Below, piece after piece: positions 1 to 8,464 of a stretch of DNA of 64,000 bases (positions are counted from its first letter, which is position 1; each line of letters opens with the position of its first letter). The DNA comes from Polyangiales bacterium (GTDB taxonomy: Bacteria; Myxococcota_A; Polyangia; Polyangiales; Ga0077539), in the NCBI GenBank assembly GCA_044229975.1, contig JBGARZ010000002.1:576001-640000 (forward strand), written 5' to 3'. Under the pieces are notes generated by a model that had not been told where the DNA came from, made no database searches, and saw only the letters and a list, made by a program, of their open reading frames with translations. A program made the position numbers and the translations under genes.

Positions 1-1641
1 GAAATTCTCCAGCGGCATCGGCTGACCGTCGATGAGCACCGTGGGCAGGAGCACGTCGGCCATGTGCAGCTCTGCGACGTCGCTCGGCGGCTGGAAACCC
101 ACGAGCGACCCACGGAGGAACTTCACTCCCCGGTAGATCAGATAGTCGCGCCAGGGGTCGAACCACGCGACGGAGGTCGGGCCGTTGAGCGTCGCGTCGG
201 TGATGGTGCGCCCGGCGAGCTGGTCGATGAGGAGCTGCGTCACGCAGTTGCCCTGGGTGCGCGTCTCGCTCTCGCTCGCGGTCATCGCGCCGAGCACCTC
301 GGGGCCGAGCTCCATGTGCCTCCGGCACGTCTTGGTGAAGCGCTCGCCCTCGATGAAGTCCCACCAGGTGAGGTCTTCGAACTCCGCCGCCCGCCGCTCG
401 GTCGACGAGGTCATGTACTGGAAGAGCTTGGTGCTGATGCGGGAGACGTCCTGCGCGCTGTACCCGAGCTCGCGCACGAAGCTCTCCAGCAGCTTCAGCG
501 TCTGCTGGATCGACCGCGGCGGCCGACGCGGGAAGCTCACGAGCCGCTGCCGGGTGGCCTTGCCGTCGCCGCTCGCCGCGATGGGCTCGGGCGCATCGTC
601 GTCGTCGTCCTCGCGCGGCTCGTCCTCGCCCTCGTCGCGACCGCTCGGGGCAGCCTTCGGCGCCGGGGCGGCCTCCTTGTCGTCGCCGTCCTTGTCGGTC
701 GACACCGCAAGCCACGTGGCCTCGGTCGACACCAGGTTGTCGAACACGGTTCGCACCGCCGGGCCGAAGCGATCGACGCCGGGCTGGAGAATCGGCGTAC
801 GGCGCATCGTATCGAAGAGGTGTCGATAGAAGCCCGGGAAGTATCGGAAGCCGTGCTCACCCGGCACGACGCCCCGACCCTTCACTCGCACCTCGACGCG
901 GAAGGTCTCCAGCGTCTCGACCCAGAGGATGTCTTCCTCCCGTGTTGCGTCGGCCCACCTGGCGTAGGCGTCCTCGGCTGCGTCCTTCCCACGCAGTTGG
1001 CGCTCCTCACCGATGGCAACGTTGAGCCGTCGCTTGATCTCATCGCGCACGTCCTCCGCGTCCTTGCGGATGCTCGCAGCGGCGCCCGCGGTATCGGCAA
1101 GGTCCGAGTGCTTCATCGGCCCTAGGAGCACAACCGACAGCGCCTGATAGCCGGCACCCCGCGTCGCTTCGCCCACGCGCCGGACAAAGCCCGTGAGCTC
1201 GGCGACGATCGGCTCCCACAACTGCGGGACGGCTTCCGTCGAGGTGGGGCTCACCTTCGCGATCTCTTCGACCGTGAACTCGAACGACGGGTGGCGCACG
1301 AATGGCAGCGCCCGCGCGATGCGCCCCTCGTCCTCCGGTGGCGTGGGCTTCGGCTTGCCCGCCTGCTTCGCCTCCTCCGCCGCCCGCGCCTCGCCCGCCT
1401 TCCGCGCGTCGGCCCTCTCCCGCGCCTCCCGCTCGGTCTCGCCGGTCGGGATGTACGCCCACTGCGTGCGCGCCAATCCCCCCACCGCAGGCAGGTCGTC
1501 GTCCCAGGAGTCCTCCGCGGGCTCGACCAGGTACACCTCGTACCCGCGCTCGATGCACTCGTGCGCGACCGACAAGCCAGTGATGCCGCCGCCGAAGACC
1601 CAGACCACCGAGGTCGAGTTCCGTCTCGTCTCTTCGCTCAT
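1..1641 (-). CDS. FAD/NAD(P)-dependent oxidoreductase, HpnE/phytoene-desaturase-like (amine oxidase superfamily); partial, runs off the left edge
   Basis: Not in the ORF track because there is no stop in the window. Hand translation from ATG 1641 gives MSEETRRNSTSVVWVFGGGITGLSVAHECIERGYEVYLVE (Rossmann GxGxxG), then GGLART, PGEHGFRYFPGFYRHLFDTMRRTP and LNGPTSVAWFDPW. The frame is open to base 1. Start overlaps the upstream stop (ATGA). Confidence 0.85.
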   Translation of the reverse strand, partial: MSEETRRNSTSVVWVFGGGITGLSVAHECIERGYEVYLVEPAEDSWDDDLPAVGGLARTQWAYIPTGETEREARERADARKAGEARAAEEAKQAGKPKPTPPEDEGRIARALPFVRHPSFEFTVEEIAKVSPTSTEAVPQLWEPIVAELTGFVRRVGEATRGAGYQALSVVLLGPMKHSDLADTAGAAASIRKDAEDVRDEIKRRLNVAIGEERQLRGKDAAEDAYARWADATREEDILWVETLETFRVEVRVKGRGVVPGEHGFRYFPGFYRHLFDTMRRTPILQPGVDRFGPAVRTVFDNLVSTEATWLAVSTDKDGDDKEAAPAPKAAPSGRDEGEDEPREDDDDDAPEPIAASGDGKATRQRLVSFPRRPPRSIQQTLKLLESFVRELGYSAQDVSRISTKLFQYMTSSTERRAAEFEDLTWWDFIEGERFTKTCRRHMELGPEVLGAMTASESETRTQGNCVTQLLIDQLAGRTITDATLNGPTSVAWFDPWRDYLIYRGVKFLRGSLVGFQPPSDVAELHMADVLLPTVLIDGQPMPLENF

Positions 1642-2078
1642 CGCCCCGCTGCCTCCCTTTCCGCGCTCGTAGATACAACGTCCCCGCGAAACGCGTCCAT
1701 CATCCAAGGAAACGAAGGGCTCCGAACCGCCCCGCGCAGAAACTCCAGCAGCCCGTCGTGGAAGGCCGCGAGGTCGGCCACGCGCCCGCGCAGCACCGTC
1801 TGCCCGAGCACCACGGACGTGACGAGCGAGCGCTCGGCATCGACCAACGCGACGATCTCGCGCCGCGTCGTGGTCAGCGTCACCGCGGGTGCGACGGGCT
1901 CGTCTCGCAGCCACACCCGCGCGCCGTCGCTCTGCACCGCGGTCACCTCGCCGTCGACGGTGATGGTCACCTCGCGCACCCCGAGCGCCGCCGCCATGCG
2001 CGCGTGCGCCCACGGCAGTTCTGCCAGGAGCGTGCGCAGTCCACGGTCGACCCACTCCCGAAACGGCGCCCTCGTCAT
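1638..2078 (-). CDS. SCP2 sterol/lipid-binding domain protein
   Basis: 146 aa. AVTLTTTRREIVALVDAERSLVTSVVLGQTVLRGRVADL matches the SCP2 pattern. Sits in an operon. Confidence 0.65.
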   Translation of the reverse strand: MTRAPFREWVDRGLRTLLAELPWAHARMAAALGVREVTITVDGEVTAVQSDGARVWLRDEPVAPAVTLTTTRREIVALVDAERSLVTSVVLGQTVLRGRVADLAAFHDGLLEFLRGAVRSPSFPWMMDAFRGDVVSTSAEREAAGR

Positions 2079-2086
2079 CGCCCCGC

Positions 2087-3133
2087 CTACGCCCCCAGGA
2101 ACTCGAAGATCGCCCGGCCCCGCATCGCCACGTGCTCGCCCCGCACGCGCCCCTGCACGGTGACATCGCCGCTCACCTCGTGGATGACCGTCACGCCCGG
2201 GTCGTGGTCGTTGGGGATCACCACGGCCGCGACGTCCTCGGCGTCGAAGCGGAAGGTCACCTCATCGCCGTCTCCGCGCGCGGTCACCACCAGCGACTTC
2301 GGAACGTCGGTGACCGTCCCTGGCGTCACGAGCGCCATCGCCCGCGGCAGCTTGAAGACCCTCGACGCGCGCAGAAACCCGACGCGCTCCACGGTCACGT
2401 CCGCCGCCCGCATCACGCGATGCTGGAAGAGCCCGCGCCAGAGGAAGAGCGCCTGCATGTACGCCCGCGTATGGGCGCGATCGCTCAGCCGCACGAACAC
2501 CATGCTCCACGGGTTGTCCTCGCACGCCTCGGGCAGTCCGTAGCCCCACTCCCACGCGAAGTCCCTGCCCCACGCGAAGTGCCCCCAGTTGTGGTCGTGG
2601 TAGGCCCGCGCCCGGTCGATGCGCGTGACCCTCTCCCCGATGCGCACCTCGCCGCTCGCCACCATGCGCGGCAGCACCATCCAGTTGATGGGCGGCCCCG
2701 GGTCGAGGACGATGTTGTGCGCGAGCGAGGGCACACACCCCGGCTCCAGCCGCAGCGAGATGGCGATGGGGCGGTGGCGCAGCTTCACCTCGATGACGTA
2801 GCGGTCGTCCTCGAAGGCCACGCGGTTGCCGCCGAAGCCCATGTGCAGTCCACCGCCCGCGACCTCCACCTCCGCGGGCTCGAACAGCTCCACGTCGCCG
2901 TCCCACGTGTGGTCGCGCACGAGCACCACCACCCGCGCAAACTCCTGGCCTCCCGGCGCTCCGTCGCGCACGTCGTCGACGAGGCTGAAGTTGACCAGCA
3001 CGTCGAGGCCCGGGGCATACACGCAGAAGTGCCACCACTCCTTGTGACCCGAGGCGCCGCCTTGCGCGAAGGGCGAGCGACGCAGCCAGTCGGCGTCGGC
3101 GACCGCCTTCGACAGCAGCTTCAACGCAGCCAC
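2087..3133 (-). CDS. CrtC/AttH/tocopherol-cyclase-like beta-barrel enzyme (putative hydratase/cyclase)
   Basis: 348 aa. Contains KEWWHF, AYHDHNWG and FAWEWG motifs typical of the CrtC/tocopherol cyclase/AttH fold. Confidence 0.7.
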   Translation of the reverse strand: MAALKLLSKAVADADWLRRSPFAQGGASGHKEWWHFCVYAPGLDVLVNFSLVDDVRDGAPGGQEFARVVVLVRDHTWDGDVELFEPAEVEVAGGGLHMGFGGNRVAFEDDRYVIEVKLRHRPIAISLRLEPGCVPSLAHNIVLDPGPPINWMVLPRMVASGEVRIGERVTRIDRARAYHDHNWGHFAWGRDFAWEWGYGLPEACEDNPWSMVFVRLSDRAHTRAYMQALFLWRGLFQHRVMRAADVTVERVGFLRASRVFKLPRAMALVTPGTVTDVPKSLVVTARGDGDEVTFRFDAEDVAAVVIPNDHDPGVTVIHEVSGDVTVQGRVRGEHVAMRGRAIFEFLGA

Positions 3134-3438
3134 TCGGAGGTGCGGGCCCGCGACGTGACCGGCCCCGCCGGAGTGTCGGTGCGGGGGCGAGCGATGGCCT
3201 CCCCGAGGATTCGGCGCAGCGTGGCGCGCAACGAGGCGAGGCCCAGGACGAAGGCGATGAGCTCGGCGTCGCGCGGGCCGGGTTCGCTCGTCGATGGCGT
3301 CGCGTCGCGCGGGGCGAAGGCGTCGACGAGCGCGTCGAAGCGACGACCGTAGGACTCCAGACCCAGCAGGAGATGGAGCCAGGCGTTGCGGGTCACGAAC
3401 TCGTCGCCGTGGTGCTGGGTCTCGGTCGCGCGGTTCAC
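3121..3438 (-). CDS. small helical hypothetical protein
   Basis: 3' part of track ORF 3121..3591. GTG at 3438 overlaps the upstream stop (GTGA) and the stop overlaps the next gene. Confidence 0.6.
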   Translation of the reverse strand: MNRATETQHHGDEFVTRNAWLHLLLGLESYGRRFDALVDAFAPRDATPSTSEPGPRDAELIAFVLGLASLRATLRRILGEAIARPRTDTPAGPVTSRARTSEWLR

Positions 3439-3821
3439 GTCGCGTCGTCGTCGGGGTGGAGGCGGAAGAGGCGGGTCAGCATCGGTTCGAGGTCGGGCAC
3501 CGTGGCCGCCTTCGCGAGGGCGTCCATCAGCCTCGACGGGAGCGCCGTGGTGGGCTTCTCTTCCAGCACGTTGAGCGTGCCGACCTCCCACACGACACGC
3601 CCGCGCCGGATGAGCTCGGAGCCCGCGAGGCGGTCGCGGAGCGCGGCTCCGTCGGGCGTCTCCGCGAAGGCGCGACCCTCGGAGACCATCGCGGCGAAGA
3701 GGGCCTGCGCCGAGACCGGGTACCGCAGGATGAGCTGCTGGGCCTGACGCAACGCCGCGAAGAGGCCGTCCTCCTCGTGCACCTCGAACTCGATCACCTC
3801 GTCGGGGTCGGACGCAGACAC
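3435..3821 (-). CDS. hypothetical protein (128 aa)
   Basis: Normal globular composition, in a co-directional operon with a 4-nt gap on one side and a 4-nt overlap on the other. Confidence 0.7.
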   Translation of the reverse strand: MSASDPDEVIEFEVHEEDGLFAALRQAQQLILRYPVSAQALFAAMVSEGRAFAETPDGAALRDRLAGSELIRRGRVVWEVGTLNVLEEKPTTALPSRLMDALAKAATVPDLEPMLTRLFRLHPDDDAT

Positions 3822-3825
3822 CGGG

Positions 3826-4629
3826 TCAGCCGTCGAGGTCGAAGCGCAGCGCGACGCGGATCACCTTGCCGACCTCGCCGTTGCGCGTGGGCAGGCGATA
3901 CTCCCCCGTCGCCTCGGCCTGCGGATTCATGAGGGCGAGGGTCTCGGGCTTCCACGAGATGCGAAGCCGCAGCGGCAGCACTCCGCCTGGCGGGACCTTC
4001 ACCGGCTCGCGCAGCACCTCGACCCGCAGGAGGTCCTTGTCCACGCCGGGGCTCCCCGACCAGTCCATCTTGATGGTCTCGATCGCGAAGCGCTGCGTCG
4101 GCTCGGTCTCGCTCGGGGGTGGCAGCTCGGGCTTCGGCCATGCCTCGCGGGTGAGGTTCTTCGCGCGAAACTGCCGGATGACCTCGCAGCGGTCGGTGAG
4201 CGGCTTGTCCTCCGGGCGCTCCTTCCGGTCGGCCTCGACGGCCTTCACCGGAATGGTGAGCGACAGCACCTCGCCGCGGTTGCCCCGCACCGGAAACCCG
4301 AGGAGGTCACCGACGCGCTCCTCCAGGCGACCCATGTGGCGGCCGCGCATGTCGATGAGCGAGTCGAGGGTTCGCACCTGGAGGCGCGCGATGTCGAAGA
4401 AGAGGTCGCCCGCGCGTCGGAGGTCATCGAGCTTGGGGAGCAGTGACGTGACCCGGAGCTTGCGCTCGGACGACCCGCTGCCCGGCACCTCGTCGAGCGC
4501 ATCGGCCGCGCGCCGCACCGCCTCCTTCCCGTCGTGGATTCCCTTGAGGATATCCACCGCGGTCACGATGGACCGGCTCTTCACGGCGTTGAGAAACTCC
4601 GCCTGGGGATTGAGGTTCGTCGCGCTCAC
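3826..4629 (-). CDS. hypothetical protein, first gene of the operon (helical N-half, beta-rich C-half)
   Basis: 3' part of track ORF 3826..5424. GTG at 4629 follows a purine-rich AGGGAAGGGA. The upstream extension is antisense shadow of the S8 gene. Confidence 0.7.
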   Translation of the reverse strand: MSATNLNPQAEFLNAVKSRSIVTAVDILKGIHDGKEAVRRAADALDEVPGSGSSERKLRVTSLLPKLDDLRRAGDLFFDIARLQVRTLDSLIDMRGRHMGRLEERVGDLLGFPVRGNRGEVLSLTIPVKAVEADRKERPEDKPLTDRCEVIRQFRAKNLTREAWPKPELPPPSETEPTQRFAIETIKMDWSGSPGVDKDLLRVEVLREPVKVPPGGVLPLRLRISWKPETLALMNPQAEATGEYRLPTRNGEVGKVIRVALRFDLDG

Positions 4630-4728
4630 TGGTGGTCCCTTCCCTGGAGAGCCTGGAGATGTATCCCAGCGCACCGTGGCTGAGAAGCCCCGCGCGCACG
4701 ACCCTGGGAGTGTGGTACGCGACCCGCC

Positions 4729-7700
4729 ATGCGTGTGCCCAGACCAGGCTTGTTCGTCGTCACGGCCGCACTGGCCGCCACCCTCTTCACCCCGTCGGCG
4801 CGGGCCGTGTGGCCCCCGACGGCCGACATGACCGCGGACGACCTCTCGCGCCCCGAGAACTGGCCCAACGATCCGGGCTACGCCTACAACAGCCGCGGGG
4901 ATGGCCAGTGGCAGTGGTGGAGCTGGGTGCCGCAGGTCACCCGCATGGTCGCCAACTTCCGCGTCCAGGAGATCGCGATGGGCGCGGGCAACAACGTCGA
5001 CCGCGCGTGGGGCATCTCCATCGGCGACCCGCGGGTGCTCATCGCGGTGCTCGACTCGGGCATCAACTGGGACAGCGACGACCTCGTCAACAAGGTCGCC
5101 CTCAACACCGCCGAGCTCCCGATGCCGATGGGCGCCACCAGCCATGACGCCAACGGCGACGGCGTGGTCAGCCCGGCCGACTACCTCAACGACACGCGCA
5201 TCACCTGTGGCGTCGCGGGCATGCCCCGCAACCAGTTCTCGTGCCGCGGCTCCGACGGGATGCCCAACGACCCCAACGCCAACGGCATCCTCGATGGCGG
5301 CGACCTCATCCGGGTGTTTTCCGACAGCACCGATGCGGACAACAACGGCTACGTCGACGACATCGCCGGCTGGGACTTCATGCATGACGACAACGACCCG
5401 GCGGACGACACCCGCTTCGGTCACGGCACCGGCGAGGCCCGCGACTCCACCGCCGAGGGCAACAACATGCGCGGCGGCATCGGCGCCTGTCCGCGCTGCC
5501 GCTTCATTCCGACCCGGGTCGGCGACAGCTTCATCACGGACGTCCAGGACTTCGGCCAGGCCGTCGTGTACGCCGTCGACCGCGGCGCCAGCGTGGTGCA
5601 GGAGGCCCTCGGCACGCTCAACAACTCCCGCTTCTCACAGGCCGCCGTCGACTACGCGTACCGCAACAACGTGGTCGTGATGGCCAGCGCGGCGGACGAG
5701 AACTCGCGCCACCACAACATGCCGGGCACGCAGAACCACACCGTCTACGTGCACGCGGTGACCTTCGACTCGGCCAACATCAACGCCGCGACGACCTTCA
5801 TCAACTTCAACAACTGCACCAACTACGGCGCGCAGCTGGTGCTGTCGGTGGGCGGCGAGGGCTGCTCGTCGGCCGCCACGGGCTACTCGTCCGGCATGGC
5901 CGGGCTCATCTACTCCGCGGCGCTGGAGCGCAACCTCACCCCGGCCCTCTCGGCCGAAGAGGTCAAGCAGCTGCTCATCACCACCGCGGACGACATCAAC
6001 GTCCCGGAGAGCCAGCCCACGCACCCGATGTGGGACCGCACCAAGTACCCCACGGGCCCCGGCTGGGACCAGCGCTCGGGCTACGGCCGCACCAACGCCC
6101 GCCGGGCGCTGGAGCGCGTGCGCGCCGGACAGATTCCTCCCGAGGTCGACATCGTGTCGCCGCGGTGGTTCACGGTGTTCGACCCCGACCGCGCGCCGCA
6201 GCAGACGCTGCGCATCGAGGGCCGCATCGCCGCCCGCCGCGCGCCGCGCTTCGACTACACCATCGAGTACGCCACCGGGATCGAGCCCGCCGACACCGCC
6301 TGGGTCATGGTGCGCCGCGAGACCAACGTCACCGCCGCCGTCACCAACACCCTCGGTGAGATCGACCTCCGCACGCTCACCATCAACAACCCCGGTGAGA
6401 TCGAGAACCGCTACACCCTCACCGTCCGCATCCGCGTGACGGCCCACTACGACTCGCCCATCGGCGACGTGACGGGCGAGACGCGACGGGCGTTCTATGT
6501 GCACCGCGACCCGACGGTGCTCCCGGGCTTCCCCATCGACCTCGCGTCGGGCGGCGAGAGCTCTCCGCACCTCGTCGACCTCAACGGCGACGGCTCGCGC
6601 GAGATCATCTTCGCCACCGCCGACGGCGACGTGCACGCCTTCGGCGGCAACGGCGTCGACATCGCCGGCTGGCCCGCCCACACCGGCCGCGTGCAGGGCT
6701 ACGACCCCGCGCGCATGCCCAACTACCTCGGCGCGCGCGCGTTCCAGCCGGTCGCCGGCGGCCCGGCGCCGCTCGATGCGTCGCTCATCCGCGAGTCCAT
6801 CCTCGCCACGCCCGCCATCGCCGACCTCGACGGCGACATGCGCCCCGAGGTCATCGTCGGTACCTACGCCGGGACCATCCACGTCTTCCGCGCGGACGGC
6901 ACCGCCTACGGCCACGGCTTCCCGTACACCCTGCCCGACGTGCCGAGCTCGGCCACCTCGCCGGAGCGCATCCAGGCGCGCGGCATGTTCGGCGACCCGG
7001 TGATCGCCGACCTCAACAACGACATGCGCCCGGAGATCATCTTCGGCGCCTTCGACGGCAAGGTCTATGCGCTCGACGCGATGACCGGCGCCGTGCGCCC
7101 GGGCTTCCCGGTGGTGATCCACTTCCCCGAGGAGGGAACCAACTTCAACCGCGTCTTCGGCAGCGTCGGCATCGGCGACATGGACGGCGACGACCGCCCC
7201 GACATCGTCTCGGTGTCGAGCGAGGGCCTCCGCGGCGACAACAACCAGGGCGCGGTCTACGTCATCTACGGCGACGGCAACCTGCACGCGGGCGGACCCT
7301 TCCACCCCAACTGGCCGATCCCGTACCTGTCGTTCAACTTCTTCCCGCTCATTGGTGAGGGTGTCTCTTCGTCGCCCGCCATCGCCGACCTCGACAACGA
7401 CGGTCGTGATGAGCTCGCGCTCGTCGGCACCGGCAACGGCGTCATCACCCTCGCCCGCGGCGTCCAGCCTCCGCACGTCGCCCGCCCGGCGCCGCAGACC
7501 CTCGCGCAGGGCGTCTCGATCCGCAGCGCGATGCGCGGCCGCCTCACCAACGTCAACGGGTCGCTCGTGTCGTTCATCCCGGCGTTCTCGCTCGGAACCT
7601 TCGGCGACATGACCAACGACGGCGTGCCCGACTTCATCATCACGGGTGCGAGCCTCAACCTCGCGATCAACCTCGCGGGCGGCGGTCGCGCCTTCCCCAT

Positions 7701-8385
7701 CGACCACCTCGCCGGTGGCTTCGATGGCACCACGGGCAACGCCCTCCCCGGCTTCCCGCGGCTCCTCGAGGACTACACGTTCTTCTACAATCCCTCGATG
7801 GCGGACGTCGGCGGCGACGCCTACCCCGAGGCGCTCATCGGCACCGGCGGCTACTACCTCCACGGCTTCGACGGCTGCGGCCGCGAGCCCGACGCGTGGC
7901 CGAAGTTCACCGGCCAGTGGATCATCGCCAACCCCGCCGTCGGCAACATCCGTGCTGAAGGCCGAAACGACGTCGTCGCGGGCACACGCTCGGGCTTCCT
8001 CTGGGCGTGGAGCACCACGACGCAGGCCGCCACCGCCAGCGTGCAGTGGCCCTCGCACCGCCACGACCCGGCCAACACCGGCAACTGGGGCACCGCGCTC
8101 AACCAGGGCGTGCGCCGCGTTCCGGGGCTCGGTCCCCTCGACTGCCCGCTGCCCCCGATCGAAGACGCCGGGACTCCCACCGAAGACGTGGGCACCGTCG
8201 TCGCCGACGCGGGCACGGTCACCACCGACGCCGGGACGCCCGCCGCCGACGCTGCGACCACCACCCCGCCGACCATCGAAGGGGACGGCTGCGGATGCCG
8301 CACCAGCCCCACGGGCACGCCCCGCGCGGGCCTGATCGCCCTCGGTCTCGCGATGCTCGCCGTGCGCCGTCGCCGCCGCGGCTGA
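4729..8385 (+). CDS. S8 subtilisin-family serine peptidase with FG-GAP/VCBS repeats and MYXO-CTERM tail (paralog 1)
   Basis: Signal peptide; catalytic triad motifs IAVLDSG, GHGT and GCSSAATG; many DLDGDG-type repeats; C-terminal GCGCRT, hydrophobic helix and RRRRR. Confidence 0.9.
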   Translation: MRVPRPGLFVVTAALAATLFTPSARAVWPPTADMTADDLSRPENWPNDPGYAYNSRGDGQWQWWSWVPQVTRMVANFRVQEIAMGAGNNVDRAWGISIGDPRVLIAVLDSGINWDSDDLVNKVALNTAELPMPMGATSHDANGDGVVSPADYLNDTRITCGVAGMPRNQFSCRGSDGMPNDPNANGILDGGDLIRVFSDSTDADNNGYVDDIAGWDFMHDDNDPADDTRFGHGTGEARDSTAEGNNMRGGIGACPRCRFIPTRVGDSFITDVQDFGQAVVYAVDRGASVVQEALGTLNNSRFSQAAVDYAYRNNVVVMASAADENSRHHNMPGTQNHTVYVHAVTFDSANINAATTFINFNNCTNYGAQLVLSVGGEGCSSAATGYSSGMAGLIYSAALERNLTPALSAEEVKQLLITTADDINVPESQPTHPMWDRTKYPTGPGWDQRSGYGRTNARRALERVRAGQIPPEVDIVSPRWFTVFDPDRAPQQTLRIEGRIAARRAPRFDYTIEYATGIEPADTAWVMVRRETNVTAAVTNTLGEIDLRTLTINNPGEIENRYTLTVRIRVTAHYDSPIGDVTGETRRAFYVHRDPTVLPGFPIDLASGGESSPHLVDLNGDGSREIIFATADGDVHAFGGNGVDIAGWPAHTGRVQGYDPARMPNYLGARAFQPVAGGPAPLDASLIRESILATPAIADLDGDMRPEVIVGTYAGTIHVFRADGTAYGHGFPYTLPDVPSSATSPERIQARGMFGDPVIADLNNDMRPEIIFGAFDGKVYALDAMTGAVRPGFPVVIHFPEEGTNFNRVFGSVGIGDMDGDDRPDIVSVSSEGLRGDNNQGAVYVIYGDGNLHAGGPFHPNWPIPYLSFNFFPLIGEGVSSSPAIADLDNDGRDELALVGTGNGVITLARGVQPPHVARPAPQTLAQGVSIRSAMRGRLTNVNGSLVSFIPAFSLGTFGDMTNDGVPDFIITGASLNLAINLAGGGRAFPIDHLAGGFDGTTGNALPGFPRLLEDYTFFYNPSMADVGGDAYPEALIGTGGYYLHGFDGCGREPDAWPKFTGQWIIANPAVGNIRAEGRNDVVAGTRSGFLWAWSTTTQAATASVQWPSHRHDPANTGNWGTALNQGVRRVPGLGPLDCPLPPIEDAGTPTEDVGTVVADAGTVTTDAGTPAADAATTTPPTIEGDGCGCRTSPTGTPRAGLIALGLAMLAVRRRRRG

Positions 8386-8464
8386 TCGCCTCGTCTCCCT
8401 CCTACCGACTCTCGTTCAACTCCCCCTCGCGCCTCGCGCAAACCTTCCGGTAGCATCCGCCGCG

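Noticed and set aside
64..1125. Plus-strand ORFs 64..1125 and 185..829
   Set aside because: Shadows of the minus-strand flavoprotein, which has clear motifs but is absent from the track.
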